The position numbers and the translations under genes were made by a program. Of a DNA stretch of 64,000 nt, positions 14,395 to 28,749 are shown piece by piece. This DNA comes from the human T2T-CHM13v2.0 reference genome, Homo sapiens. The notes beneath the pieces were generated by a model, which had not been told where the DNA came from, searched no databases, and saw only the letters and a list, made by a program, of their open reading frames with translations. The stretch covers positions 27,584,001 to 27,648,000 of the forward strand of contig CP086569.2 of the NCBI GenBank assembly GCA_009914755.4, given 5' to 3'. How positions within the stretch are numbered: position 1 is the first letter of the stretch; the number at the start of each line of letters is the position of its first letter.

Positions 14395-17267
14395 GAGTGT
14401 AGTTGAATGGAATGGAATGGTATGGAACGTACTGGAATGGAATGGATAAGAATGGAATGGAATGGAATCGCATGGAATTGAATAGAATGAAATCGAATTG
14501 AATAGAATCAAATGGAAAAAATGGAGGCAAATGGAATCGAATGTCATAGAATCGAACGGTTTTGAATGTCAGTGAATGGAAACGAATGGAATGCGATGAA
14601 GTGGAGCGGAGTGGAGTGGAAAGGAGTGCAATGGAATAGGGTGGAACAGAATTTAATGGAACAGAGTGGATTGGAGTGGACTGGAGTGGAATGGAAAGGG
14701 AAGGAATGGGATTGAAAGGAGTGGCGTGCAGTGGAGTGGAGTGGCATGGAGTGGAGTGGAGTGGAATGGAGTGGAATGGAATGGAGTGGAATGGAGTGGA
14801 TTGGAATGGAATGGAGTGCAGAGGAATGGAATGGAATGGTATAGAGTGGACAGGAATGGAGTGGAGTTGATTGGAATGGAATGGAATGTAAGGGAATGGA
14901 ACTGAATGGACTGGAATGGAATGGAATAGAATGGAATCACAGGGAATCAAATTGGATTGAATCGAATCGAATGGAGAAAATGAAATCAAATGAAATTGAA
15001 TGGAATCGAATTGAATGTAAACAATGGAATCCAATGGAGTCAAATGGAATCGAATCAAATGGTTTTGAATGGCATCAAATGAAATGGCATGGAAGGCAGT
15101 AAATTGGAGTGGAGTGGAATAGAGAGGAATGAATTGGAATGGAGTGTAGTGGAATGGAGTGGATTGGATTGGAATGGAATGGAATAGATTGGATTGGAGT
15201 GGTGCAGAGTGGAGTGGACTGGAGTGCAGAGGAATGGAGTGGAGTGAAGTCCAGTTGAGTGGAATGGAATGGAGTGGAGCAGAGTGGAATTCAAAAGAAT
15301 GAAGTGGATTGGTATGGAATGGAATGGCGTGGAATGGCGTGGAATAGAATGGAATGGAATCGCATGGAATGATATGAAATCAAATCGAATTGAACGGAAA
15401 ATTATGAATCCAATGGAATCGAAAGGATTCTAAAGGAATGGATTCGAAAGGCATTGAATGGAATGGAAAGGAATGCAGTGAAGTGGAGTGGAGTGGAGGG
15501 GAATGTTTTAGAGTGAACTGGGGTGGATTGGAACTCTATGGCGGGGAGTGGAGTGAAGTGGATTGGAGTGGAATGGAGCGCAATGGACTGGAGTGGAGTG
15601 GAATGGATTGGAGTGGAGTGGAGTGGATCGGAGTGGAGTGCAGTGGAGTAGACTAGAGTGGGGTGGAGTGGAGTGCATTGGAGTGGAATGGAACGGAGTG
15701 GGGTGGAATGGAATGGAATGGAATCAAATCGCATGGTAATGAATCAAATGGAATCAAATCGAATGGAAATAATGGAATCGAAGGGAAACGAATGGAATCG
15801 AATTGCACTGATTCTACTGACTTCGAGGAAAATGAAATGAAATGCGGTGAAGTGGAATGGAGGGAATGTATTAGGGTGGAATGGAATTGAATGGTGTGGA
15901 GTGGAGTGGAGTGCCCAGGAGTGGAATGGGAAGAAATGGAATTGAACGGAGTGGAGTGGAGTGGAATGGGGGATAATGGAGTGGAGTAGAGTGGAGTGGA
16001 GTAGAGTGGAATGGGTTGGAGTGTAATGCAGAGTACAGGAGTGGAGTGCGGTGGACTGGAGTGGAGTGGAGTTGAGTGGAGTGGATTGGATTGAAATAGA
16101 GCGGAGCAGAGTGGAATGGAATTGAATCACATGGTATTGAATCAAATCGAATGGAATTAAATCGAATGAAAAAATGGAATCAAAAGCAAACGAATGGAGT
16201 CAAACCTCATTGGTTAAACTGACATCGAAAAATATCAAATGAAATGTGGTGAAGTGGAGTGGAGTGTAATGAAATGGGGTGGAATGAAATTGAATGGAGT
16301 GGAGTGGATTGGAGTCTACTGGAGTGGAATGGAACGGAATGCAAAGGAATGGAATAGAATGCAGTGAAGTGCAGTGCAGTGAAATGGAGTGGAAAGGAAT
16401 GGAATGGAATGGAATGGAATGGAATGGAACGGAATCAAATGGTATCGAAGTGAATCGAATCTAATGAAATTTATCAGAAAAAATGGAATGGAGTAGAATC
16501 GAATAAGATGGATTCAAAGGCAACAAATAGAATTGAATGGAATGCGGTGAGGTGGAGGGCATTGGAATGGAGTTGAATGGAATGGGGTATAATTGAATTG
16601 AATGGAGTGGATTGGATTGTAGTGGACTGGAGTGGAATGGAACGGAATGGACAGGAATGGAATTGAAAGGGGTGAATTGGAATTGAGTGCTGTGGATTGG
16701 AGTAGACTGCATTCTAGTGGATTGGTGTTGAAAGAAGTGGAGTGCAATGGAATGGAATGCAATGGAGTGGAGTGGAATGGAATGGAGTGGAGTAGAATGG
16801 AATTTAATGGAGTGGAGTGGAATTGAGTGGAATGGAGAGTAATGGAGTGGAGTGGACTGGAGCGAAGTGGAGTGTAGTGCATTGGACTGTAGGGGATTGA
16901 AGTGGCTTGGAGTGCAATGGAGTGGAGTGTAATGGAATGGAATGTAATGGAATGGAATGGAATGGAATGGAGTGGAATGGAATCGAATCACATGGAACTG
17001 AATCAAATCGAATTGAATGAAATTGAGTGGAAAAAATGGAATGAAATGGAATCAAATCGAATGGATTCGAATGACATTGAATGGAATCGAAAGGAATGCA
17101 GTGAGGTGGAGTTGAGTGGAGTGGAGTGGAATGGAATGGGATGAATGGAATTGACTGGAGAGGAGTGGAATGGAATGGAATGGAAAGGAATGGAATTGAA
17201 CGAAATGGAGTGTAGTAGAATGTAGTGGATTGGAGTGGAGTGCAGGGGAGTGCAGTGGAATGAAGAG
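14395..17267. repeat. HOR unit A6 (2,873 bp)
   Basis: Phase landmark at 14395. (GGAAT)6 tract at 16396 to 16425. Confidence 0.85.
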
Positions 17268-20120
17268 GAGTGTAGTTGAATGGAATGGAATGGTATGGAA
17301 CGTACTGGAATGGAATGGATAAGAATGGAATGGAATGGAATCGCATGGAATTGAATAGAATGAAATCGAATTGAATAGAATCAAATGGAAAAAATGGAGG
17401 CAAATGGAATCGAATGTCATAGAATCGAACGGTTTTGAATGTCAGTGAAAGGAAACGAATGGAATGCGATGAAGTGGAGCGGACTGGAGTGGAAAGGAGT
17501 GCAATGGAATAGGGTGGAACAGAATTTAATGGAACAGAGTGGATTGGAGTGGACTGGAGTGGAATGGAAAGGGAAAGAATGGGATTGAAAGGAGTGGCGT
17601 GCAGTGGAGTGGAGTGGCATGGAGTGGAGTGGAGTGGAATGGAGTGGAATGGAATGGAGTGGAATGGAGTGGATTGGAATGGAATGGAGTGCAGAGGAAT
17701 GGAATGGAATGGTATAGAGTGGACAGGAATGGAGTGGAGTGGATTGGAATGGAATGGAATGTAAGGGAATGGAACTGAATGGACTGGAATGGAATGGAAT
17801 AGAATGGAATCACAGGGAATCAAATTGGATTGAATCGAATCGAATGGAGAAAATGAAATCAAATGAAATTGAATGGAATCGAATTGAATGTAAACAATGG
17901 AATCCAATGGAGTCAAATGGAATCGAATCAAATGGTTTTGAATGGCATCAAATGAAATGGCATGGAAGGCAGTGAATTGGAGTGGAGTGGAATAGAGAGG
18001 AATGAATTGGAATGGAGTGTAGTGGAATGGAGTGGATTGGATTGGAATGGAATGGAATAGATTGGATTGGAGTGGTGCAGAGTGGAGTGGACTGGAGTGC
18101 AGAGGAATGGAGTGGAGTGAAGTCCAGTTGAGTGGAATGGAATGGAGTGGAGCAGAGTGGAATTCAAAAGAATGAAGTGGATTGGTATGGAATGGAATGG
18201 CGTGGAATGGCGTGGAATAGAATGGAATGGAATCGCATGGAATGATATGAAATCAAATCGAATTGAACGGAAAATTATGACTCCAATGGAATCGAAAGGA
18301 TTCTAAAGGAATGGATTCGAAAGGCATTGAATGGAATGGAAAGGAATGCAGTGAAGTGGAGTGGAGTGGAGTGGAATGTTTTAGAGTGAACTGGGGTGGA
18401 TTGGAACTCTATGGCGGGGAGTGGAGTGAAGTGGATTGGAGTGGAATGGAGTGCAATGGACTGGAGCGGAGTGGAATGGATTGGAGTGGAGTGGAGTGGA
18501 TCGGAGTGGAGTGCTGTGGAGTGGACTAGAGTGGGGTGGAGTGGAGTGCATTGGAGTGGAATGGAACGGAGTGGGGTGGAATGGAATGGAATGGAATCAA
18601 ATCGCATGGTAATGAATCAAATGGAATCAAATCGAATGGAAATAATGGAATCGAAGGGAAACGAATGGAATCGAATTGCACTGATTCTACTGACTTCGAG
18701 GAAAATGAAATGAAATGCGGTGAAGTGGAATGGAGGGAATGTATTAGGGTGGAATGGAATTGAATGGTGTGGAGTGGAGTGGAGTGCCCAGGAGTGGAAT
18801 GGGAAGAAATGGAATTGAACGGAGTGGAGTGGAGTGGAATGGGGGATAATGGAGTGGATTAGAGTGGAGTGGAGTAGAGTGGAATGGGTTGGAGTGTAAT
18901 GCAGAGTACAGGAGTGGAGTGCGGTGGACTGGAGTGGAGTGCAGTTGAGTGGAGTGGATTGGATTGAAATAGAGCGGAGCAGAGTGGAATGGAATTGAAT
19001 CACATGGTATTGAATCAAATCGAATGGAATTAAATCGAATCAAAAAATGGAATCAAAAGCAAACGAATGGAGTCAAACCTCATTGGTTAAACTGACATCG
19101 AAAAATATCAAATGTAATGTGGTGAAGTGGAGTGGAGTGTAATGAAATGGGTTGGAATGAAATTGAATGGAGTGGAGTGGATTGGAGTCTACTGGAGTGG
19201 AATGGAACGGAATGCAAAGGAATGGAATAGAATGCAGTGAAGTGCAGTGCAGTGAAATGGAGTGGAAAGGAATGGAATGGAATGGAATGGAACGGAATCA
19301 AATGGTATCGAAGTGAATCGAATCTAATGAAATTGATCGGAAAAAATGGAATGGAGTAGAATCGAATAAGATGGATTCAAAGGCAACAAATAGAATTGAA
19401 TGGAATGAGGTGAGGTGGAGGGCATTGGAATGGAGTTGAATGGAATGGGGTATAATTGAATTGAATGGAGTGGAGTGGATTGTAGTGGACTGGAGTGGAA
19501 TGGAACGGAATGGGCAGGAATGGAATTGAAAGGGGTGAATTGGAATTGAGTGCTGTGGATTGGAGTAGACTGCATTCTAGTGGATTGGAGTGGAAAGAAG
19601 TGGAGTGGAATGGAATGGAATGCAGTGGAGTGGAGTGGAATGGAATGGAGTGGAGTAGAATGGAATTTAATGGAGTGGAGTGGAATTGAGTGGAATGGAG
19701 AGTAATGGAGTGGAGTGGACTGGAGCGAAGTGGAGTGTAGTGCATTGGACTGTAGGGGATTGAAGTGGCTTGGAGTGCAATGGAGTGGAGTGGAATGGAA
19801 TGTAATGGAATGGAATGGAATGGAGTGGAATGGAATCGAATCACATGGAACTGAATCAAATCGAATTGAATGAAATTGAAAGGAAAAAATGGAATGAAAT
19901 GGAGTCAAATCGAATGGATTCGAATGACATTGAATGGAATCGAAAGGAATGCAGTGAGGTGGAGTTGAGTGGAGTGGAGTGGAATGGAATGGGATGAATG
20001 GAATTGACTGGAGAGGAGTGGAATGGAATGGAATGGAAAGGAATGGAATTGAACGAAATGGAGTGTAGTAGAATGTAGTGGATTGGAGTAGAGTGCAGGG
20101 GAGTGCAGTGGAATGAAGAG
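17268..20120. repeat. HOR unit A7 (2,853 bp)
   Basis: Phase landmark at 17268. (GGAAT)4 tract at 19269 to 19288. First unit of the A7 to A10 sub-family, with 'caaatgtaatgtggtg' at ~19110 and 'atcaaaaaatgg' at ~19038. Confidence 0.85.
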
Positions 20121-22993
20121 GAGTGTAGTCGAATGGAATGGAATGGTATGGAACGTACTGGAATGGAATGGATAAGAATGGAATGGAATGGAATCGCATG
20201 GAATTGAATAGAATGAAATCGAATTGAATAGAATCAAATGGAAAAAATGGAGGCAAATGGAATCGAATGTCATAGAATCGAACGGTTTTGAATGTCAGTG
20301 AATGGAAACGAATGGAATGCGATGAAGTGGAGCGGAGTGGAGTGGAAAGGAGTGCAATGGAATAGGGTGGAACAGAATTTAATGGAACAGAGTGGATTGG
20401 AGTGGACTGGAGTGGAATGGAAAGGGAAGGAATGGGATTGAAAGGAGTGGCGTGCAGTGGAGTGGAGTGGCATGGAGTGGAGTGGAGTGGAATGGAGTGG
20501 AATGGAATGGAGTGGAATGGAGTGGATTGGAATGGAATGGAGTGCAGAGGAATGGAATGGAATAGTATAGAGTGGACAGGAATGGAGTGGAGTGGATTGG
20601 AATGGAATGGAATGTAAGGGAATGGAACTGAATGGACTGGAATGGAATGGAATAGAATGGAATCACAGGGAATCAAATTGGATTGAATCGAATCGAATGG
20701 AGAAAATGAAATCAAATGAAATTGAATGGAATCGAATTGAATGTAAACAATGGAATCCAATGGAGTCAAATGGAATCGAATCAAATGGTTTTGAATGGCA
20801 TCAAATGAAATGGCATGGAAGGCAGTGAATTGGAGTGGAGTGGAATAGAGAGGAATGAATTGGAATGGAGTGTAGTGGAATGGAGTGGATTCCAATGGAT
20901 TGGAGTGGATTGGATTGGAATGGAATGGAATAGATTGGATTGGAGTGGTGCAGAGTGGAGTGGACTGGAGTGCAGAGGAATGGAGTGGAGTGAAGTCCAG
21001 TTGAGTGGAATGGAATGGAGTGGAGCAGAGTGGAATTCAAAAGAATGAAGTGGATTGGTATGGAATGGAATGGCGTGGAATGGCGTGGAATAGAAGGGAA
21101 GGGAATCGCATGGAATGATATGAAATCAAATTGAATTGAACGGAAAATTATGAATCCAATGGAATCGAAAGGATTCTAAAGGAATGGATTCGAAAGACAT
21201 TGAATGGAATGGAAAGGAATGCAGTGAAGTGGAGTGGAGTGGAGTGGAATGTTTTAGAGTGAACTGGGGTGGATTGGAACTCTATGGCGGGGAGTGGAGT
21301 GAAGTGGATTGGAGTGGAATGGATTGCAATGGACTGGAGTGGAGTGGAATGGATTGGAGTGGAGTGGAGTGGATCGGAGTGGAGTGCTGTGGAGTGGACT
21401 AGAGTGGGGTGGAGTGGAGTGCATTGGAGTGGAATGGAACGGAGTGGGGTGGAATGGAATGGAATGGAATCAAATCGCATGGTAATGAATCAAATGGAAT
21501 CAAATCGAATGGAAATAATGGAATCGAAGGGAAACGAATGGAATCGAATTGCACTGATTCTACTGACTTCGAGGAAAATGAAATGAAATGCGGTGAAGTG
21601 GAATGGAGGGAATGTATTAGGGTGGAATGGAATTGAATGGTGTGGAGTGGAGTGGAGTGCCCAGGAGTGTAATGGGAAGAAATGTAATTGAACGGAGTGG
21701 AGTGGAGTGGAATGGGGGATAATGGAGTGGATTAGAGTGGAGTGGAGTAGAGTGGAATGGGTTGGAGTGTAATGCAGAGTACAGGAGTGGAGTGCGGTGG
21801 ACTGGAGTGGAGTGGAGTTGAGTGGAGTGGATTGGATTGAAATAGAGCGGAGCAGAGTGGAATGGAATTGAATCACATGGTATTGAATCAAATCGAATGG
21901 AATTAAATCGAATCAAAAAATGGAATCAAAAGCAAACGAATGGAGTCAAACCTCATTGGTTAAACTGACATCGAAAAATATCAAATGTAATGTGGTGAAG
22001 TGGAGTGGAGTGTAATGAAATGGGTTGGAATGAAATTGAATGGAGTGGAGTGGATTGGAGTCTACTGGAGTGGAATGGAACGGAATGCAAAGGAATGGAA
22101 TAGAATGCAGTGAAGTGCAGTGCAGTGAAATGGAGTGGAAAGGAATGGAATGGAATGGAATGGAACGGAATCAAATGGTATCGAAGTGAATCGAATCTAA
22201 TGAAATTGATCGGAAAAAATGGAATGGAGTAGAATCGAATAAGATGGATTCAAAGGCAACAAATAGAATTGAATGGAATGAGGTGAGGTGGAGGGCATTG
22301 GAATGGAGTTGAATGGAATGGGGTATAATTGAATTGAATGGAGTGGAGTGGATTGTAGTGGACTGGAGTGGAATGGAACGGAATGGGCAGGAATGGAATT
22401 GAAAGGGGTGAATTGGAATTGAGTGCTGTGGATTGGAGTAGACTGCATTCTAGTGGATTGGAGTGGAAAGAAGTGGAGTGGAATGGAATGGAATGCAGTG
22501 GAGTGGAGTGGAATGGAATGGAGTGGAGTAGAATGGAATTTAATGGAGTGGAGTGGAATTGAGTGGAATGGAGAGTAATGGAGTGGAGTGGACTGGAGCG
22601 AAGTGGAGTGTAGTGCATTGGACTGTAGGGGATTGAAGTGGCTTGGAGTGCAATGGAGTGGAGTGGAATGGAATGTAATGGAATGGAATGGAATGGAGTG
22701 GAATGGAATCGAATCACATGGAACTGAATCAAATCGAATTGAATGAAATTGAATGGAAAAAATGGAATGAAATGGAATCAAATCGAATGGATTCGAATGA
22801 CATTGAATGGAATCGAAAGGAATGCAGTGAGGTGGAGTTGAGTGGAGTGGAGTGGAATGGAATGGGATGGATGGAATTGACTGGAGAGGAGTGGAATGGA
22901 ATGGAATGGAAAGGAATGGAATTGAACGAAATGGAGTGTAGTAGAATGTAGTGGATTGGAGTGGAGTGCAGGGGAGTGCAGTGGAATGAAGAG
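20121..22993. repeat. HOR unit A8 (2,873 bp)
   Basis: Phase landmark at 20121. (GGAAT)4 tract at 22142 to 22161. Carries 'aatagaagggaagggaatcgc' at ~21088 and the 20-bp ttcc insertion at ~20890. Confidence 0.85.
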
Positions 22994-25876
22994 GAGTGTA
23001 GTCGAATGGAATGGAATGGTATGGAACGTACTGGAATGGAATGGATAAGAATGGAATGGAATGGAATCGCATGGAATTGAATAGAATGAAATCGAATTGA
23101 ATAGAATCAAATGGAAAAAATGGAGGCAAATGGAATCGAATGTCATAGAATCGAACGGTTTTGAATGTCAGTGAATGGAAACGAATGGAATGCGATGAAG
23201 TGGAGCGGAGTGGAGTGGAAAGGAGTGCAATGGAATAGGGTGGAACAGAATTTAATGGAACAGAGTGGATTGGAGTGGACTGGAGTGGAATGGAAAGGGA
23301 AGGAATGGGATTGAAAGGAGTGGCGTGCAGTGGAGTGGAGTGGCATGGAGTGGAGTGGAGTGGAATGGAGTGGAATGGAATGGAGTGGAATGGAGTGGAT
23401 TGGAATGGAATGGAGTGCAGAGGAATGGAATGGAATAGTATAGAGTGGACAGGAATGGAGTGGAGTGGATTGGAATGGAATGGAATGTAAGGGAATGGAA
23501 CTGAATGGACTGGAATGGAATGGAATAGAATGGAATCGCAGGGAATCAAATTGGATTGAATCGAATCGAATGGAGAAAATGAAATCAAATGAAATTGAAT
23601 GGAATCGAATTGAATGTAAACAATGGAATCCAATGGAGTCAAATGGAATCGAATCAAATGGTTTTGAATGGCATCAAATGAAATGGCATGGAAGGCAGTG
23701 AATTGGAGTGGAGTGGAATAGAGAGGAATGAATTGGAATGGAGTGTAGTGGAATGGAGTGGATTCCAATGGATTGGAGTGGATTGGATTGGAATGGAATG
23801 GAATAGATTGGATTGGAGTGGTGCAGAGTGGAGTGGACTGGAGTGCAGAGGAATGGAGTGGAGTGAAGTCCAGTTGAGTGGAATGGAATGGAGTGGAGCA
23901 GAGTGGAATTCAAAAGAATGAAGTGGATTGGTATGGAATGGAATGGCGTGGAATGGCGTGGAATAGAAGGGAAGGGAATCGCATGGAATGATATGAAATC
24001 AAATTGAATTGAACGGAAAATTATGAATCCAATGGAATCGAAAGGATTCTAAAGGAATGGATTCGAAAGACATTGAATGGAATGGAAAGGAATGCAGTGA
24101 AGTGGAGTGGAGTGGAGTGGAATGTTTTAGAGTGAACTGGGGTGGATTGGAACTCTATGGCGGGGAGTGGAGTGAAGTGGATTGGAGTGGAATGGAGTGC
24201 AATGGACTGGAGTGGAGTGGAATGGATTGGAGTGGAGTGGAGTGGATCGGAGTGGAGTGCTGTGGAGTGGACTAGAGTGGGGTGGAGTGGAGTGCATTGG
24301 AATGGAATGGAACGGAGTGGGGTGGAATGGAATGGAATGGAATCAAATCGCATGGTAATGAATCAAATGGAATCAAATCGAATGGAAAAAATGGAATTGA
24401 AGGGAAACGAATGGAATCGAATTGCACTGATTCTACTGACTTCGAGGAAAATGAAATGAAATGCGGTGAAGTGGAATGGAGGGAATGTATTAGGGTGGAA
24501 TGGAATTGAATGGTGTGGAGTGGAGTGGAGTGCCCAGGAGTGGAATGGGAAGAAATGTAATTGAACGGAGTGGAGTGGAGTGGAATGGGGGATAATGGAG
24601 TGGATTAGAGTGGACTGGAGTAGAGTGGAATGGGTTGGAGTGTAATGCAGAGTACAGGAGTGGAGTGCGGTGGACTGGAGTGCAGTGGAGTTGAGTGGAG
24701 TGGATTGGATTGAAATAGAGCGGAGCAGAGTGGAATGGAATTGAATCACATGGTATTGAATCAAATCGAATGGAATTAAATCGAATCAAAAAATGGAATC
24801 AAAAGCAAACGAATGGAGTCAAACCTCATTGGTTAAACTGACATCGAAAAATATCAAATGTAATGTGGTGAAGTGGAGTGGAGTGTAATGAAATGGGTTG
24901 GAATGAAATTGAATGGAGTGGAGTGGATTGGAGTCTACTGGAGTGGAATGGAACGGAATGCAAAGGAATGGAATAGAATGCAGTGAAGTGCAGTGCAGTG
25001 AAATGGAGTGGAAAGGAATGGAATGGAATGGAATGGAACGGAATCAAATGGTATCGAAGTGAATCGAATCTAATGAAATTGATCGGAAAAAATGGAATGG
25101 AGTAGAATCGAATAAGATGGATTCAAAGGCAACAAATAGAATTGAATGGAATGAGGTGAGGTGGAGGGCATTGGAATGGAGTTGAATGGAATGGGGTATA
25201 ATTGAATTGAATGGAGTGGAGTGGATTGTAGTGGACTGGAGTGGAATGGAACGGAATGGGCAGGAATGGAATTGAAAGGGGTGAATTGGAATTGAGTGCT
25301 GTGGATTGGAGTAGACTGCATTCTAGTGGATTGGAGTGGAAAGAAGTGGAGTGGAATGGAATGGAATGCAATGGAGTGGAGTGGAATGGAATGGAGTGGA
25401 GTAGAATGGAATTTAATGGAGTGGAGTGGAATTGAGTGGAATGGAGAGTAATGGAGTGGAGTGGACTGGAGCGAAGTGGAGTGTAGTGCATTGGACTGTA
25501 GGGGATTGAAGTGGCTTGGAGTGCAATGGAGTGGAGTGGAATGGAATGTAATGGAATGGAATGGAATGGAGTGGAATGGAGTGGAATGGAATCGAATCAC
25601 ATGGAACTGAATCAAATCGAATTGAATGAAATTGAATGGAAAAAATGGAATGAAATGGAATCAAATCGAGTGGATTCGAATGACATTGAATGGAATCGAA
25701 AGGAATGCAGTGAGGTGGAGTTGAGTGGAGTGGAGTGGAATGGAATGGGATGAATGGAATTGACTGGAGAGGAGTGGAATGGAATGGAATGGAAAGGAAT
25801 GGAATTGAACGAAATGGAGTGTAGTAGAATGTAGTGGATTGGAGTGGAGTGCAGGGGAGTGCAGTGGAATGAAGAG
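22994..25876. repeat. HOR unit A9 (2,883 bp)
   Basis: Phase landmark at 22994. Same private variants as A8 (gaagggaaggg at ~23963, ttcc insertion at ~23763, gtaatgtggtg at ~24850). Confidence 0.85.
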
Positions 25877-28749
25877 GAGTGTAGTCGAATGGAATGGAAT
25901 GGTATGGAACGTACTGGAATGGAATGGATAAGAATGGAATGGAATGGAATCGCATGGAATTGAATAGAATGAAATCGAATTGAATAGAATCAAATGGAAA
26001 AAATGGAGGCAAATGGAATCGAATGTCATAGAATCGAACGGTTTTGAATGTCAGTGAATGGAAACGAATGGAATGCGATGAAGTGGAGCGGAGTGGAGTG
26101 GAAAGGAGTGCAATGGAATAGGGTGGAACAGAATTTAATGGAACAGAGTGGATTGGAGTGGACTGGAGTGGAATGGAAAGGGAAGGAATGGGATTGAAAG
26201 GAGTGGCGTGCAGTGGAGTGGAGTGGCATGGAGTGGAGTGGAGTGGAATGGAGTGGAATGGAATGGAGTGGAATGGAGTGGATTGGAATGGAATGGAGTG
26301 CAGAGGAATGGAATGGAATAGTATAGAGTGGACAGGAATGGAGTGGAGTGGATTGGAATGGAATGGAATGTAAGGGAATGGAACTGAATGGACTGGAATG
26401 GAATGGAATAGAATGGAATCGCAGGGAATCAAATTGGATTGAATCGAATCGAATGGAGAAAATGAAATCAAATGAAATTGAATGGAATCGAATTGAATGT
26501 AAACAATGGAATCCAATGGAGTCAAATGGAATCGAATCAAATGGTTTTGAATGGCATCAAATGAAATGGCATGGAAGGCAGTGAATTGGAGTGGAGTGGA
26601 ATAGAGAGGAATGAATTGGAATGGAGTGTAGTGGAATGGAGTGGATTCCAATGGATTGGAGTGGATTGGATTGGAATGGAATGGAATAGATTGGATTGGA
26701 GTGGTGCAGAGTGGAGTGGACTGGAGTGCAGAGGAATGGAGTGGAGTGAAGTCCAGTTGAGTGGAATGGAATGGAGTGGAGCAGAGTGGAATTCAAAAGA
26801 ATGAAGTGGATTGGTATGGAATGGAATGGCGTGGAATGGCGTGGAATAGAAGGGAAGGGAATCGCATGGAATGATATGAAATCAAATTGAATTGAACGGA
26901 AAATTATGAATCCAATGGAATCGAAAGGATTCTAAAGGAATGGATTCGAAAGACATTGAATGGAATGGAAAGGAATGCAGTGAAGTGGAGTGGAGTGGAG
27001 TGGAATGTTTTAGAGTGAACTGGGGTGGATTGGAACTCTATGGCGGGGAGTGGAGTGAAGTGGATTGGAGTGGAATGGAGTGCAATGGACTGGAGTGGAG
27101 TGGAATGGATTGGAGTGGAGTGGAGTGGATCGGAGTGGAGTGCTGTGGAGTGGACTAGAGTGGGGTGGAGTGGAGTGCATTGGAGTGGAATGGAACGGAG
27201 TGGGGTGGAATGGAATGGAATGGAATCAAATCGCATGGTAATGAATCAAATGGAATCAAATCGAATGGAAATAATGGAATCGAAGGGAAACGAATGGAAT
27301 CGAATTGCACTGATTCTACTGACTTCGAGGAAAATGAAATGAAATGCGGTGAAGTGGAATGGAGGGAATGTATTAGGGTGGAATGGAATTGAATGGTGTG
27401 GAGTGGAGTGGAGTGCCCAGGAGTGGAATGGGAAGAAATGGAATTGAACGGAGTGGAGTGGAGTGGAATGGGAGATAATGGAGTGGATTAGAGTGGAGTG
27501 GAGTAGAGTGGAATGGGTTGGAGTGTAATGCAGAGTACAGGAGTGGAGTGCGGTGGACTGGAGTGGAGTGCAGTTGAGTGGAGTGGATTGGATTGAAATA
27601 GAGCGGAGCAGAGTGGAATGGAATTGAATCACATGGTATTGAATCAAATCGAATGGAATTAAATCGAATCAAAAAATGGAATCAAAAGCAAACGAATGGA
27701 GTCAAACCTCATTGGTTAAACTGACATCGAAAAATATCAAATGTAATGTGGTGAAGTGGAGTGGAGTGTAATGAAATGGGGTGGAATGAAATTGAATGGA
27801 GTGGAGTGGATTGGAGTCTACTGGAGTGGAATGGAACGGAATGCAAAGGAATGGAATAGAATGCAGTGAAGTGCAGTGCAGTGAAATGGAGTGGAAAGGA
27901 ATGGAATGGAATGGAATGGAACGGAATCAAATGGTATCGAAGTGAATCGAATCTAATGAAATTGATCGGAAAAAATGGAATGGAGTAGAATCGAATAAGA
28001 TGGATTCAAAGGCAACAAATAGAATTGAATGGAATGCGGTGAGGTGGAGGGCATTGGAATGGAGTTGAATGGAATGGGGTATAATTGAATTGAATGGAGT
28101 GGAGTGGATTGTAGTGGACTGGAGTGGAATGGAACGGAATGGGCAGGAATGGAATTGAAAGGGGTGAATTGGAATTGAGTGCTGTGGATTGGAGTAGACT
28201 GCATTCTAGTGGATTGGAGTGGAAAGAAGTGGAGTGGAATGGAATGGAATGCAATGGAGTGGAGTGGAATGGAATGGAGTGGAGTAGAATGGAATTTAAT
28301 GGAGTGGAGTGGAATTGAGTGGAATGGAGAGTAATGGAGTGGAGTGGACTGGAGCGAAGTGGAGTGTAGTGCATTGGACTGTAGGGGATTGAAGTGGCTT
28401 GGAGTGCAATGGAGTGGAGTGGAATGGAATGTAATGGAATGGAATGGAATGGAGTGGAATGGAATCGAATCACATGGAACTGAATCAAATCGAATTGAAT
28501 GAAATTGAATGGAAAAAATGGAATGAAATGGAATCAAATCGAATGGATTCGAATGACATTGAATGGAATCGAAAGGAATGCAGTGAGGTGGAGTTGAGTG
28601 GAGTGGAGTGGAATGGAATGGGATGAATGGAATTGACTGGAGAGGAGTGGAATGGAATGGAATGGAAAGGAATGGAATTGAACGAAATGGAGTGTAGTAG
28701 AATGTAGTGGATTGGAGTGGAGTGCAGGGGAGTGCAGTGGAATGAAGAG
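25877..28749. repeat. HOR unit A10 (2,873 bp)
   Basis: Phase landmark at 25877. Same private variants as A8 and A9 (~26838, ~26644, ~27730). Confidence 0.85.
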
